Assembly (NCBI GenBank): GCA_039033415.1
Contig: JBCCCR010000007.1
Location: forward strand, 61,262 to 125,261
Length of the DNA: 64,000 bases
Source: Pseudomonadota bacterium
GTDB lineage: Bacteria; Pseudomonadota; Gammaproteobacteria; Xanthomonadales; SZUA-38
Reading direction: 5' to 3'
The notes under the pieces were generated by a model that saw only the letters and a list, made by a program, of their open reading frames with translations, was not told the DNA's origin and did not search any database. How positions within the stretch are numbered: the stretch's first letter is position 1; each line of letters opens with the position of its first letter. Positions 53,811 to 62,547 of this stretch are shown here, piece after piece. The position numbers and the translations under genes were made by a program.

Positions 53811-54494
53811 ATGATTACAACGCGCCAGCTTTGCCGCACTTTCCAGGTCGGAGACACCGAGGTGCACGCCCTGGACCACGTGGATCTGGCCGTTGCTGCG
53901 CAGGAGTTTGTGGCGGTCATGGGTCCATCCGGTTCGGGGAAATCGACCCTCATGAACATCCTGGGCTGCCTCGACACCCCCGACGCTGGCTCCTATCAGC
54001 TGCTGTCTCACGAGGTCGCCGATCTTTCCGACGACGAGCTGTCGCAGTTCCGCAATGAACAGATCGGGTTCGTCTTTCAGAGCTTCCATCTGCTGCCTCG
54101 ACTCAGCGCACTCGAAAACGTGCTGCTGCCGCTGCGCTACGGCAAGGCCAGCGTCGGTGGCGAGCAGCGCGCGCGCGATCTGCTGGCAAGGCTCGGCCTC
54201 AATGACCGCATGGGCCATCGGCCGAATCAGCTATCCGGCGGCCAGCGGCAACGAGTCGCCATCGCCCGTTCGCTGATCAACGAACCGCCGCTGCTGCTCG
54301 CTGATGAACCAACCGGCAACCTCGACAGTCGAACCTCTGAGGAGATCATGAGTCTTTTCGAAGAGCTTAATCGAGAAGGGCAGACCATCGTGATGGTCAC
54401 TCACGAAGATGAAATTGCCGCCCACGCCAGCCGAGTCATCGCCATGCGGGACGGGAAGATTGCAACGGACACACGCCGCGAGGAAGCCGCATGA
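53811..54494 (+). CDS. ABC transporter ATP-binding protein (MacB/LolD-type, type VII ABC)
   Basis: Walker A GPSGSGKST, Q-loop, signature LSGGQRQR, Walker B LLLADEPTGNLD, H-loop VTHE. GGGGGG upstream of the ATG. Confidence 0.9.
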   Translation: MITTRQLCRTFQVGDTEVHALDHVDLAVAAQEFVAVMGPSGSGKSTLMNILGCLDTPDAGSYQLLSHEVADLSDDELSQFRNEQIGFVFQSFHLLPRLSALENVLLPLRYGKASVGGEQRARDLLARLGLNDRMGHRPNQLSGGQRQRVAIARSLINEPPLLLADEPTGNLDSRTSEEIMSLFEELNREGQTIVMVTHEDEIAAHASRVIAMRDGKIATDTRREEAA

Positions 54495-55450
54495 ATATGC
54501 CTCGGTTAATGTTTATCACGAGCCTTTTGTCACTCGGCTCTGCGAACGCCCAGTCGCTTTTGACGGGTGTGGTGGAGGATGTGGAGGCCCAGACGGTCGA
54601 AATGCCATCGCTGCCTGGGGCCTGGCAACGGCGAATAGAATGGATGGCAACCGAAGGTAGTAAGGTCGCCATCGGTGATCCACTGGTGACGCTGGATCCC
54701 GGCGACCTCATATCGCAGGAAGAGCAGACCCGAACAGACCTTGAGAAGCAGCAGCTGTCCGCTGCCCGCCAGGTCGACGAGCTGAAGCTGAAAGTGATGG
54801 ATGCAGAACAGCAGGTGGCACAGGCAGACGCAAGCGTTAGGCTGGCTGAACTTGACGCGGTGATTCCGGCGAGCACGATCCCGCGGCTAGACTACGACCG
54901 ATACCAGCTCGCGCTCGAAATCGCCCAGCGGGAGCGGATACGGAGCGAGGCGGAGCTTCTGAATGCTCAGGAAGAACTGAAAGACGTGAGCGAACGGGTC
55001 GAGCTTGAGGTTGAGCAGGCTCAGGCAAGCTATGAACGAATCAGCAAAGCGTTGGAAGCCACCGTCATCAAAGCCCAGAAGGCTGGCTTTGTCATCTACG
55101 GCGAAAACCCCTGGACTGGCAAAAAGATCTTCCCAGGCGAGACGCTGTATGGCGGTTTTGCAATCGCTTCGGTTGCCAGCCGGCAGGATTTACAGATCCG
55201 GTTTTGGGTCCACGAAGCGGATATCCGCCAGTTCCGGCTAGGCGAGGTGCTGCAGGTCACTGCTGACGCGCAGGGACTGGAGACGTTTAAAGCGACGATT
55301 ACGTATAGCTCCAGCCAGGCAGTCGAGCGGCAAGACTGGAGCGCCGGCGGATATTTTGAGCTGATTGCCGAGCCGGTTAGCCAGGTGCCCGAACAGCTCA
55401 TGCCCGGCATGAGCGTCATGGCCGAGCGCGCCGGAGCTGCAGAATCATGA
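54491..55450 (+). CDS. HlyD-family periplasmic adaptor 1 (cleavable signal peptide)
   Basis: Signal MNMPRLMFITSLLSLGSANA-QS. Lipoyl-like hairpin (GSKVAIGDPLVTLD ... IKAQKAGFVIY) and a central coiled coil. ATGA overlap with the ATPase gene. Confidence 0.8.
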   Translation: MNMPRLMFITSLLSLGSANAQSLLTGVVEDVEAQTVEMPSLPGAWQRRIEWMATEGSKVAIGDPLVTLDPGDLISQEEQTRTDLEKQQLSAARQVDELKLKVMDAEQQVAQADASVRLAELDAVIPASTIPRLDYDRYQLALEIAQRERIRSEAELLNAQEELKDVSERVELEVEQAQASYERISKALEATVIKAQKAGFVIYGENPWTGKKIFPGETLYGGFAIASVASRQDLQIRFWVHEADIRQFRLGEVLQVTADAQGLETFKATITYSSSQAVERQDWSAGGYFELIAEPVSQVPEQLMPGMSVMAERAGAAES

Positions 55451-56604
55451 ATAGTGCCAAGCCAACGCTGCTGAGCCTGATGCTCGTCATGTACTGCGCG
55501 GCCGTTCAGGCTGACCAATGGATGACGCTGGAGCCCGCCGACAGGCCAATCACCGTTTCAGCGTCAGGCATTGTGAATTCTGCCAATTCCCAGCGATTTG
55601 GTCCGCCGCCGAGCCGCAACTGGCGGGTCACCATCACCCAGCTGGCTGCGGAGGGCAGCAAACTCACTGAGGGTGATGTGATTGCCAAATTCGACGCCAG
55701 CAGCACCGACGATCGAGTGCGCAACCTGACGGGCGAACTCAACGCGAAACGTTCGGAGCTTGAGTCGACGCTCGAGATCCAGGCCCAGCAGATCGAAGAG
55801 GAAAAGGTTCAGCTGGCCAGCGCACGAAGTGCCGCTGACAAAGCGGAACGAAAGGCGAACGTCAGCGCCGATCTCTACGCCAGCCTGGAGTATCGCAAGC
55901 TGGTTGAAGAGCGCCGGTCGGCCAAAGACCTGCACGAACGCCAGCGGCAACGGCTCGTGCTCACCGAGCGCGTACGCGAGGCACAAATCGCCGAGTTGAA
56001 GGCCGATGTCCGTCGCCTCGAGAGCGAACTTGCGGGCGCGCAGCGGGAGCTGGAGTCATTTACCATCCGGGCGCCGCAGACGGGTGTGGTCATTGTTGGA
56101 ACCAACAATGAGGGTCAGAAGCTGGACGTCAATGATGCCGTCAATCCGGGCATGATCGTGGCAGAGCTGGCAGACAGTGAGAATCTGTTGATACAGGCAG
56201 AGGTTCCAGAGTTTGCGGCAGCCAGTATCGCTGTTGGCCAAGTGGCTGCCGTCACGATCGACGCGGCGGGTGGCAACGAGCTCGAAGCCAAAGTGACCGC
56301 GGTGGCAAGTATCGTGCGACGCCAATCTCGTTACTCTCAGGCTATGGTGCGGGACGTAACCCTTTCACTGCCTGAGGATGCCATGGCGAGGCTCCGGCCA
56401 GGTATGTCCGCAAAAATTGTCATCGAAACGGACGTTCGAAGCGACGCGCTGGCGATTCCTGATCTGGCGCTTCGCTATCGCGACGGCCAGCCCGGCGTGG
56501 AGATCCGTGGCCGGGGCTGGAGCCCGGTAACGCTCGGCCCCGCCAGCGGCGGTCTACGTATTGTCGATGCCGGAGTCGAAGCCGGCGCAGAGGTGGCGCT
56601 ATGA
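55447..56604 (+). CDS. HlyD-family periplasmic adaptor 2 (cleavable signal peptide)
   Basis: Signal ...MYCAAVQA-DQ. Lipoyl-like halves (GSKLTEGDVIAKFD ... IRAPQTGVVIV), a long coiled coil, and a beta-barrel region. ATGA overlap. Confidence 0.8.
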   Translation: MNSAKPTLLSLMLVMYCAAVQADQWMTLEPADRPITVSASGIVNSANSQRFGPPPSRNWRVTITQLAAEGSKLTEGDVIAKFDASSTDDRVRNLTGELNAKRSELESTLEIQAQQIEEEKVQLASARSAADKAERKANVSADLYASLEYRKLVEERRSAKDLHERQRQRLVLTERVREAQIAELKADVRRLESELAGAQRELESFTIRAPQTGVVIVGTNNEGQKLDVNDAVNPGMIVAELADSENLLIQAEVPEFAAASIAVGQVAAVTIDAAGGNELEAKVTAVASIVRRQSRYSQAMVRDVTLSLPEDAMARLRPGMSAKIVIETDVRSDALAIPDLALRYRDGQPGVEIRGRGWSPVTLGPASGGLRIVDAGVEAGAEVAL

Positions 56605-57842
56605 CCCTTCAGTATCAGACCCCAACCTGGCGGCGCCGACTACGTTTGCTTGGCGTTTGGCTACCCTTCGCTATCGCCCCGTTGCTGAGCGGTTGCGGGC
56701 AAACCGGCGGAGGTACGCCCGGGGTTGTGCTGGAGTCCGCCAGCACCGAATTTACCATCAGCGCGGAGGGAGAGCTGGTTGCGTCAGAGTCTCTTCCGAT
56801 CTCATTGCCCGGCTCGGTGCGTATGCGCTTCAATATCGCGTGGATGGCGCCGGAATTTTCTGAAGTGAAAGCCGGCGACGTTATTGCGCGTTTCGACGAC
56901 GTTCAGATTCGTCAGGATCGGGACGTTACCGCGCTCAATGTCACCAAGAGTGATTTTCAGCTGGCAGACGTGCAGCGCGGCGGCGAAGTCGAAAAAACCC
57001 GAATTGCTCACGATAGCGAACGCGTAACCGGAGAGCGCGCGTACACGGAGACCTTCGCCGGTGCCGACGAACGACTTTTCAGCCGCAACGAGCTCATCGA
57101 TGCGCTCGCTGACATCGACTATCTGGACGTCGAGTCAGCCTTCCTCGCCTGGGAGTCAAATACTTTCGATCAAAGGATCAGCGCCGAAGAAAATCTGATT
57201 CTCGCCCAACGTGACGCAGAGCTTTCGAAACTCCGGAAACAGGAAACGGCCCTCGGCATGATGGAACTGCGTAGTCCCGCCGACGGAACCTTTATCTATG
57301 CCCGGACGCCCTGGGGCGAGAAGTTGGGTAAAGGCAAAGCGGCGTTTCCCGGTCGACCTATCGGTCAGCTGCCGGTTCGAGGAAAGGTGAAAGCCAGATT
57401 GTTTGTGCCGGAGAATGATGCCGTCGGCCTAGCAAGCGGCCAGCGAGTTCGCTTTCGGCTCGACGCTGACAGTAGCCGCGACTTCACGGCAACGGTCACC
57501 ACCGTCTCACCAGTCGCGAGCCCGCGAAACCGCACCGACCCGCAGAAATATTTCAGCGTTGAGGCAAAAATCGACGCAGTCGATGCAGACCTTATGCGGG
57601 TTGGCAGCCGGCTTCGCGCCGAGGTCATCACTCACGAGGTCGATGATGCGCTCGTTGCACCGGCTCAGGCGGTATATGGCGACCAGAGTAACGCGTGGGT
57701 ATACGTGGTCAACGGTAGCAACTCGAGCGAAAGACGCTCCGTGGAACTAGGTCGGCGCAGTCCGGACCGGGTGGAAATCACGAGTGGCGTTGCAGCCGGC
57801 GAACGGATCAGTCTCGTGGCACCACCGGAGGAAACCGGATGA
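56601..57842 (+). CDS. HlyD-family periplasmic adaptor 3 (lipoprotein)
   Basis: Lipobox PLLSGC. Lipoyl-like halves (VKAGDVIARFD ... LRSPADGTFIY), a coiled coil, and a C-terminal beta-barrel. ATGA overlap. Confidence 0.8.
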   Translation: MTLQYQTPTWRRRLRLLGVWLPFAIAPLLSGCGQTGGGTPGVVLESASTEFTISAEGELVASESLPISLPGSVRMRFNIAWMAPEFSEVKAGDVIARFDDVQIRQDRDVTALNVTKSDFQLADVQRGGEVEKTRIAHDSERVTGERAYTETFAGADERLFSRNELIDALADIDYLDVESAFLAWESNTFDQRISAEENLILAQRDAELSKLRKQETALGMMELRSPADGTFIYARTPWGEKLGKGKAAFPGRPIGQLPVRGKVKARLFVPENDAVGLASGQRVRFRLDADSSRDFTATVTTVSPVASPRNRTDPQKYFSVEAKIDAVDADLMRVGSRLRAEVITHEVDDALVAPAQAVYGDQSNAWVYVVNGSNSSERRSVELGRRSPDRVEITSGVAAGERISLVAPPEETG

Positions 57843-59095
57843 GTGGTGGACTCAATTTAGCAAGCATGCTGGTCGACGTTCGGCAGGCCGCCGGCCAGCT
57901 CGCGCACCACCGCATGCGCACCGCCTTGACGCTACTCGGCATGATCTTTGGCGTAGGTGCTGTGATCGCCATGCTGGCAGTCAGCGAAGGCGGCCAGCGC
58001 CAGGCCCTAGAGCTGATCGAGGGCATGGGCCTAAGAAACTTAATCGTCGAAGCCCGGGAGCTGGATTCTGAAACGGCCAAAGAGGTCCGAAAGTATTCCG
58101 CTGGGCTGAATATTCGGGACGCCGAGTCAATCGCTCGCACCCTGCCTTTTGTGGAGAGCTGGTCAGGCGCCAAAGCGTTTCGCACTTGGAGTCTGTTCAG
58201 CCGCGAAGGACAGAGCAAAGCTGAAGTCCTGGCCGTCAGTCCATCCTTTTTCCGGCTCTCCAGTCTCAGTGCGCAGCGCGGGGAGTTCTTTGACGACGAC
58301 GCCAACCGTCGGTTCGCGCAGGTGGCGGTCTTGGGCAGCAACGCCGCCCGTGAACTGTTCCCCAACGGCGGCGCCGTCGGCGGTCGGATCAAGGTCAACC
58401 ACCTCTGGCTTGAGGTGGTAGGCGTTCTCCAGGACCGCCAGCTGCCGGACGAGCAGTTTGAGGGTCGCGAGGTCGGCGGAGAGGCAAACCAGGTCCTCGT
58501 TCCGCTGCGCACCGGATTGACCCGCCTTAAGCTCGATGATCTAAGCCAGGAGCTCGATGAGCTGAAGGTCCGGATCGGGGACGGCATCGAACCCGGGGCA
58601 GCCGCTCAGGCGATCCGTCATCTGCTGGACCGCCGCCACAGCGAGCAGAACGACTACCAGATTACCGTCCCGGCAAGGCTGCTGGCCCAACACCGACAAA
58701 CCCAGCGCATCTTTACCATCGTCATGTCTGCGGTGGCGGGTATATCGCTGCTGGTCGGCGGTATCGGAATCATGAACATCATGCTGGCAAGCGTGATGGA
58801 GCGTAAGTCTGAGATTGGCCTGCTGCGGGCTGTCGGAGCCACCGAGCGCGACATCGTGCGACAGTTTCTCGTCGAGGCCACCGTTATTGCGCTACTGGGT
58901 GCGGCCGCCGGCGTGGTGCTTGGGGTCCTACTCGCTTATACGATTGCCGCGTTTGCGGGCTGGGCAGTGGCCTGGTCGCTGCTGGTGATTGTCAGCGCAG
59001 TGATTGTATGCATGGCCATTGCGGTCGGATTTGGTGTCTATCCGGCCATGTCCGCTGCCCGTCTGGATCCGGTCCAGGCGCTCCAGTCGGACTAG
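57839..59095 (+). CDS. ABC transporter permease, FtsX/MacB type with large periplasmic domain
   Basis: TM1 (LTLLGMIFGVGAVIAM), a periplasmic domain of about 230 aa, then three C-terminal TM helices with the FtsX motif GIGIMNIMLASVMERKSEIGLLRAVGA. ATGA overlap. Confidence 0.9.
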   Translation: MSGGLNLASMLVDVRQAAGQLAHHRMRTALTLLGMIFGVGAVIAMLAVSEGGQRQALELIEGMGLRNLIVEARELDSETAKEVRKYSAGLNIRDAESIARTLPFVESWSGAKAFRTWSLFSREGQSKAEVLAVSPSFFRLSSLSAQRGEFFDDDANRRFAQVAVLGSNAARELFPNGGAVGGRIKVNHLWLEVVGVLQDRQLPDEQFEGREVGGEANQVLVPLRTGLTRLKLDDLSQELDELKVRIGDGIEPGAAAQAIRHLLDRRHSEQNDYQITVPARLLAQHRQTQRIFTIVMSAVAGISLLVGGIGIMNIMLASVMERKSEIGLLRAVGATERDIVRQFLVEATVIALLGAAAGVVLGVLLAYTIAAFAGWAVAWSLLVIVSAVIVCMAIAVGFGVYPAMSAARLDPVQALQSD

Positions 59096-59103
59096 CGAGC
59101 TGC

Positions 59104-59145
59104 CAGCCAGCCCGAGCGGGCTGGCTGACTGAGGTTTGTTTGTGG
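59104..59145. terminator. Rho-independent terminator (10-bp GC-rich stem CAGCCAGCCC/GGGCTGGCTG, GAGC loop, T-rich tail GGTTTGTTTG)
   Basis: Perfect stem at 59104-59113 and 59118-59127, located between the convergent ABC permease and methyltransferase genes. Confidence 0.6.
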
Positions 59146-59155
59146 CGGCTGACTC

Positions 59156-60094
59156 TTAGGCCGGCTTGCGAAACTTGAGCGTCATGCGGTTTGACTCACC
59201 GATCGCCGCAACCTTGGCTCGCATTTCAGGATCGTCACCGGTGCCGTTAAAGGTCGGCGGCAAACGCCACACTACATCGCTTTCACCCGGTGAGTCCTTG
59301 GGGTTTTCATTGATCGCCGACTCGGCCACAAATTCGAAGCCCGCGGCCTCCATGGCGCTGATTACGTCAGCTTTCTTCAGATAGCCGCGACCGCCGCCGG
59401 CCCATTCGTCGCTCCAGTCGTCCGGGGCCTGGTGCTGGACAATGCCAACAACGCCGCCCGGTTTCAGGACGTTAAACGCGTCAGCGATGGCGCCCGTGAA
59501 GTAGCCACCCTGATCCTCAAAGCGACGCATGTTGTGCATCGCGCGAACCAGCAGCACCGCGTCGGCGGTGCCCGCAGCGTCGGCCGGTAACTTTCCGAAT
59601 TCGTAAGCCGCGAGGGAAGCGCTGTCTTCCGTGCGCCACTCTTCAGCCTGCTTCGGCCACGTCTCGGTCCATACCTTAAAACCTTCGACGGCTTCCTCGT
59701 CAAAAAACCCGAAGAGCGGCCACATTTCTGCGCTGTAGTTGATGCCAACGAGCTTACCGTCAGCGCCCAGGTAAGGCAGCAGAATCTTGCTGTACCAGCC
59801 ACCGCCGGGCAGCGCTTCAACCACCGTCATGCCTGGCTCAATGCCAAAGAAGGTCAGGGTCTCCTCGGGATGGCGCGAGGCAAAACGCGCCTTGGCTTCG
59901 TCTGGTTGATCGGCCAGCACTCGTGTCAGAATCTGACTTGAGTCCTCCGGCGCATCCACCATCGTCATCTCTTTGGGCGCCTCATCCGGCGGCGCAACCT
60001 CCGCGCTCGTCGTGGGCTCTTCGCTGCCGCCGCAGCCGGCCAGCAGCGAACTTAAAACAACTGTCGCTGCAAAACAGTGGGTCTTTTTCATCAC
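59156..60094 (-). CDS. Lipoprotein with class I SAM-dependent methyltransferase fold
   Basis: Lipobox SLLAGCGG, followed by VVEALPGGGWYSKILLPYLG and VLKPGGVVGIV, the Rossmann-type methyltransferase motifs I and post-II. Confidence 0.7.
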   Translation of the reverse strand: MMKKTHCFAATVVLSSLLAGCGGSEEPTTSAEVAPPDEAPKEMTMVDAPEDSSQILTRVLADQPDEAKARFASRHPEETLTFFGIEPGMTVVEALPGGGWYSKILLPYLGADGKLVGINYSAEMWPLFGFFDEEAVEGFKVWTETWPKQAEEWRTEDSASLAAYEFGKLPADAAGTADAVLLVRAMHNMRRFEDQGGYFTGAIADAFNVLKPGGVVGIVQHQAPDDWSDEWAGGGRGYLKKADVISAMEAAGFEFVAESAINENPKDSPGESDVVWRLPPTFNGTGDDPEMRAKVAAIGESNRMTLKFRKPA

Positions 60095-60145
60095 AAATCC
60101 TCCAACCGGGAAGGGAGACCCGTCCGGAATCAGACGGGGGTAGGC

Positions 60146-60619
60146 TTAAAGCTGCTCTGCGAGGTATTCGAGCTCGAGTGCAGCCACACGCTCGGTCTCG
60201 CCGAGCAGAAACTTAGCGGCTTTGGCGCCGATCAGCGGGATATCAACCTTGGCTTTGTGCGTGATGCTGTAGCTGCAGGCTTCATCACCGTCGGCTTTCA
60301 GGGTGATGCTGGCGTTGACCCTGGCTGGCTGACCGTGGATCACCATTTCATAGTCACCCTTCATCAGGTCGCCGTCGCCGGTCCAGGTTTCGGTGATCGT
60401 GATCTCTTGCTCGGGCTTAAACAGCTTGGCCAGAAAACCGGGGAGTTCTGTGCGCGTGATGCGCTCAGCGATGACGGTCACCGTCTCGTCGTCCTCTTCG
60501 ACCTCATAGGATGCCTCGACGTCACCCACACCCATGGCTCGCTCGACCAGAAAATCGGGGTCTGCCAGATACTCAAACACCGCGTCGAGCGACGCGTCGA
60601 ACTGCATCTTTACGCTCAT
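60146..60619 (-). CDS. SRPBCC-like protein of unknown function (possibly DUF2505)
   Basis: 157 aa, soluble and acidic. The family assignment is from memory of the pattern only. Confidence 0.45.
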   Translation of the reverse strand: MSVKMQFDASLDAVFEYLADPDFLVERAMGVGDVEASYEVEEDDETVTVIAERITRTELPGFLAKLFKPEQEITITETWTGDGDLMKGDYEMVIHGQPARVNASITLKADGDEACSYSITHKAKVDIPLIGAKAAKFLLGETERVAALELEYLAEQL

Positions 60620-60652
60620 GGCGCCAGTCTACCAGCCCGCCGCTGGCTTGGG

Positions 60653-61456
60653 CTACGGTAATTGCGGAAGTATTGCCCGCAGCGATTCGCTCAGCGCCGG
60701 GTCCCCAAAAACAAAAAAACTCGGGTTGATCAACGACTCCCGACGGTTATACGTGAGCGGTTCAAAGCTTTCGCTGACCATCGTCCCGCCCGCTTCCTCA
60801 ACGATGCACTGAGCGGCCGCGGTGTCCCATTCACAGGTGGGGCCAAAGCGCGGGTAAAGATCGGCGGTCCCGTCTGCGACCAGGCAGGACTTCCAGGAAC
60901 TGCCGTGCAGCTGCACGTCGGTGGGCGCTAGCAGCGCCAGAAGCTTTTTCTGTTTCGGCCCGCTTCTCGCCGAAGACACCACGACGCGCAGCGGGTCGCG
61001 AGCGGCGGAAACGGCCATCGCTGTAGGCGCGCCCACATCCACCTGCGACTGCGCCCCATGTCCCTGAGCCGCCCGATAACCAAGCCCTCGGGCCGGAAGA
61101 TAGACCACCCCAAGCGTCGGTCGGCCGCGTTCAATCAGCGCCACATTTACCGAAAAGTCTTTGCTGCCGCGAATGAACTGCCGCGTCCCGTCCAGCGGAT
61201 CAACCAGCCAGTATCGATCCCATGCGGCCCTTTCAGTCAAACTCGGGAGCTCACCCTCCTCCGAAAGGATCGGCACATCCAGCAACGTGGGCAGGCCCTC
61301 GGTCAGCACGCGATGGGCTCGCAGATCGGCTTCGGTAACAGGCGACTCGTCAGACTTCTTCTGCACCTCAATGTCGTCGCGGAACACCTCCAGGATCTGC
61401 GCGCCGGCCTGGCGGCACAGGGAGTCAACAGGATTCAACAGATCGACGGTCGGCAT
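60653..61456 (-). CDS. cysQ: 3'(2'),5'-bisphosphate nucleotidase
   Basis: Inositol monophosphatase-fold motifs SPVTEADL, WLVDPLDGT and WDTAAA. 267 aa. Confidence 0.85.
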   Translation of the reverse strand: MPTVDLLNPVDSLCRQAGAQILEVFRDDIEVQKKSDESPVTEADLRAHRVLTEGLPTLLDVPILSEEGELPSLTERAAWDRYWLVDPLDGTRQFIRGSKDFSVNVALIERGRPTLGVVYLPARGLGYRAAQGHGAQSQVDVGAPTAMAVSAARDPLRVVVSSARSGPKQKKLLALLAPTDVQLHGSSWKSCLVADGTADLYPRFGPTCEWDTAAAQCIVEEAGGTMVSESFEPLTYNRRESLINPSFFVFGDPALSESLRAILPQLP

Positions 61457-61757
61457 GGGGTTCTGTCACTTTGATCGGTACGAGGCAAAGCCGCCGGAAT
61501 GGTCATCAGTTCGGTGTCGGAACCGGTTGTCGACCACAACGCTGCGCTCGCCAGGCGCGCCATTGTACGCGTAAGCGGCGGCCTTCCCCACTCACGTGCC
61601 GCCGGGTTTCCTCACGTCTTATTCCAGCGTGAGATCAAAACCACGACTAGTGTCCCTTGACGACCCTATGCCGGGTTAATAGCCTCGCGTAATCAGAAAT
61701 GTCTTGCGTCCCGTTGCTTGTCGCCAGACCAAGGCTCACCCAGGAGGACCAGTTCCA

Positions 61758-62354
61758 ATGCCCAGCAACCAGCTCACCGCTTTGCTCGGGCTGGCTGGCG
61801 TCGGCGCATTTGCCAGCACGCTGGTGTTGTTCTCCTTTCTGAACCCCAATTTCCATCCGACCCAGGACTATGTGAGCAAGCTCGGGGCGCTGGGCCAGCC
61901 GTTTGCCGTCTGGTGGAACGTGGTGGGGTTCGGCCTGGTTGGACTCATGCTCGCCGCATTCGGCTGGGTCTATGGCAACATCGTTCGTGATCGTTTGATC
62001 GGCTTTCTTCTGGCGCTTTTTGGGCTTGGCTTCGCCGCGACGGCCATACCCATCGATCTGGGCAGTGCCGAGGCAGCCGTATCGAAGGCTCATGTCGTGG
62101 CGATTTGTCTCGGGCTCGCGGGCTGGTGCTTTGGCCTGGCTCGGCTGGCCTCTCTCACCTCGCTCTCCAAATCGGTTCGGCGCAGCGCCAATCTTGCAGC
62201 CACGCTGGTTGTGGCTCCGATGGTTGGACAGGCCCTCGAGCTGTGGCCTATGCCGGTGACGCATCGCCTGGTATTTGCCGTGGTTTTCGGATGGTTTGCG
62301 TTGACGTCAATCGCGTTGCTGCGCAGTGGTGGCCAGACCAAGGCTGCGACCTGA
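61758..62354 (+). CDS. Polytopic membrane protein (DUF998-like)
   Basis: About 6 TM helices. AGGAGGA upstream of the ATG at 61758. The family call is tentative. Confidence 0.5.
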   Translation: MPSNQLTALLGLAGVGAFASTLVLFSFLNPNFHPTQDYVSKLGALGQPFAVWWNVVGFGLVGLMLAAFGWVYGNIVRDRLIGFLLALFGLGFAATAIPIDLGSAEAAVSKAHVVAICLGLAGWCFGLARLASLTSLSKSVRRSANLAATLVVAPMVGQALELWPMPVTHRLVFAVVFGWFALTSIALLRSGGQTKAAT

Positions 62355-62547
62355 CCGAACCTTTTGATGAAACTGCGGACAATCCTCTTACTCTTCCTCG
62401 AACAGCCTGAATCCTGAGTCTGGCTACCCTAAGCCGCGTCCCGGAAACGAGGCTTTAAAACCTGCCGTGGCGCGTCAACCGCCACGATCCATACCATCCG
62501 CCGACGGCGGGGTTTACACTACGCGTTTAGTTTGAGCGGGAATACTT

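Noticed and set aside
62355-62547. Short hairpins (CGTGGCG/CGCCACG and CCGCC/GGCGG) between the DUF998-like gene and the ferredoxin-NADP reductase gene
   Set aside because: The stems are short (5-7 bp) and lack convincing U-tracts, so they are not strong enough to call terminators.
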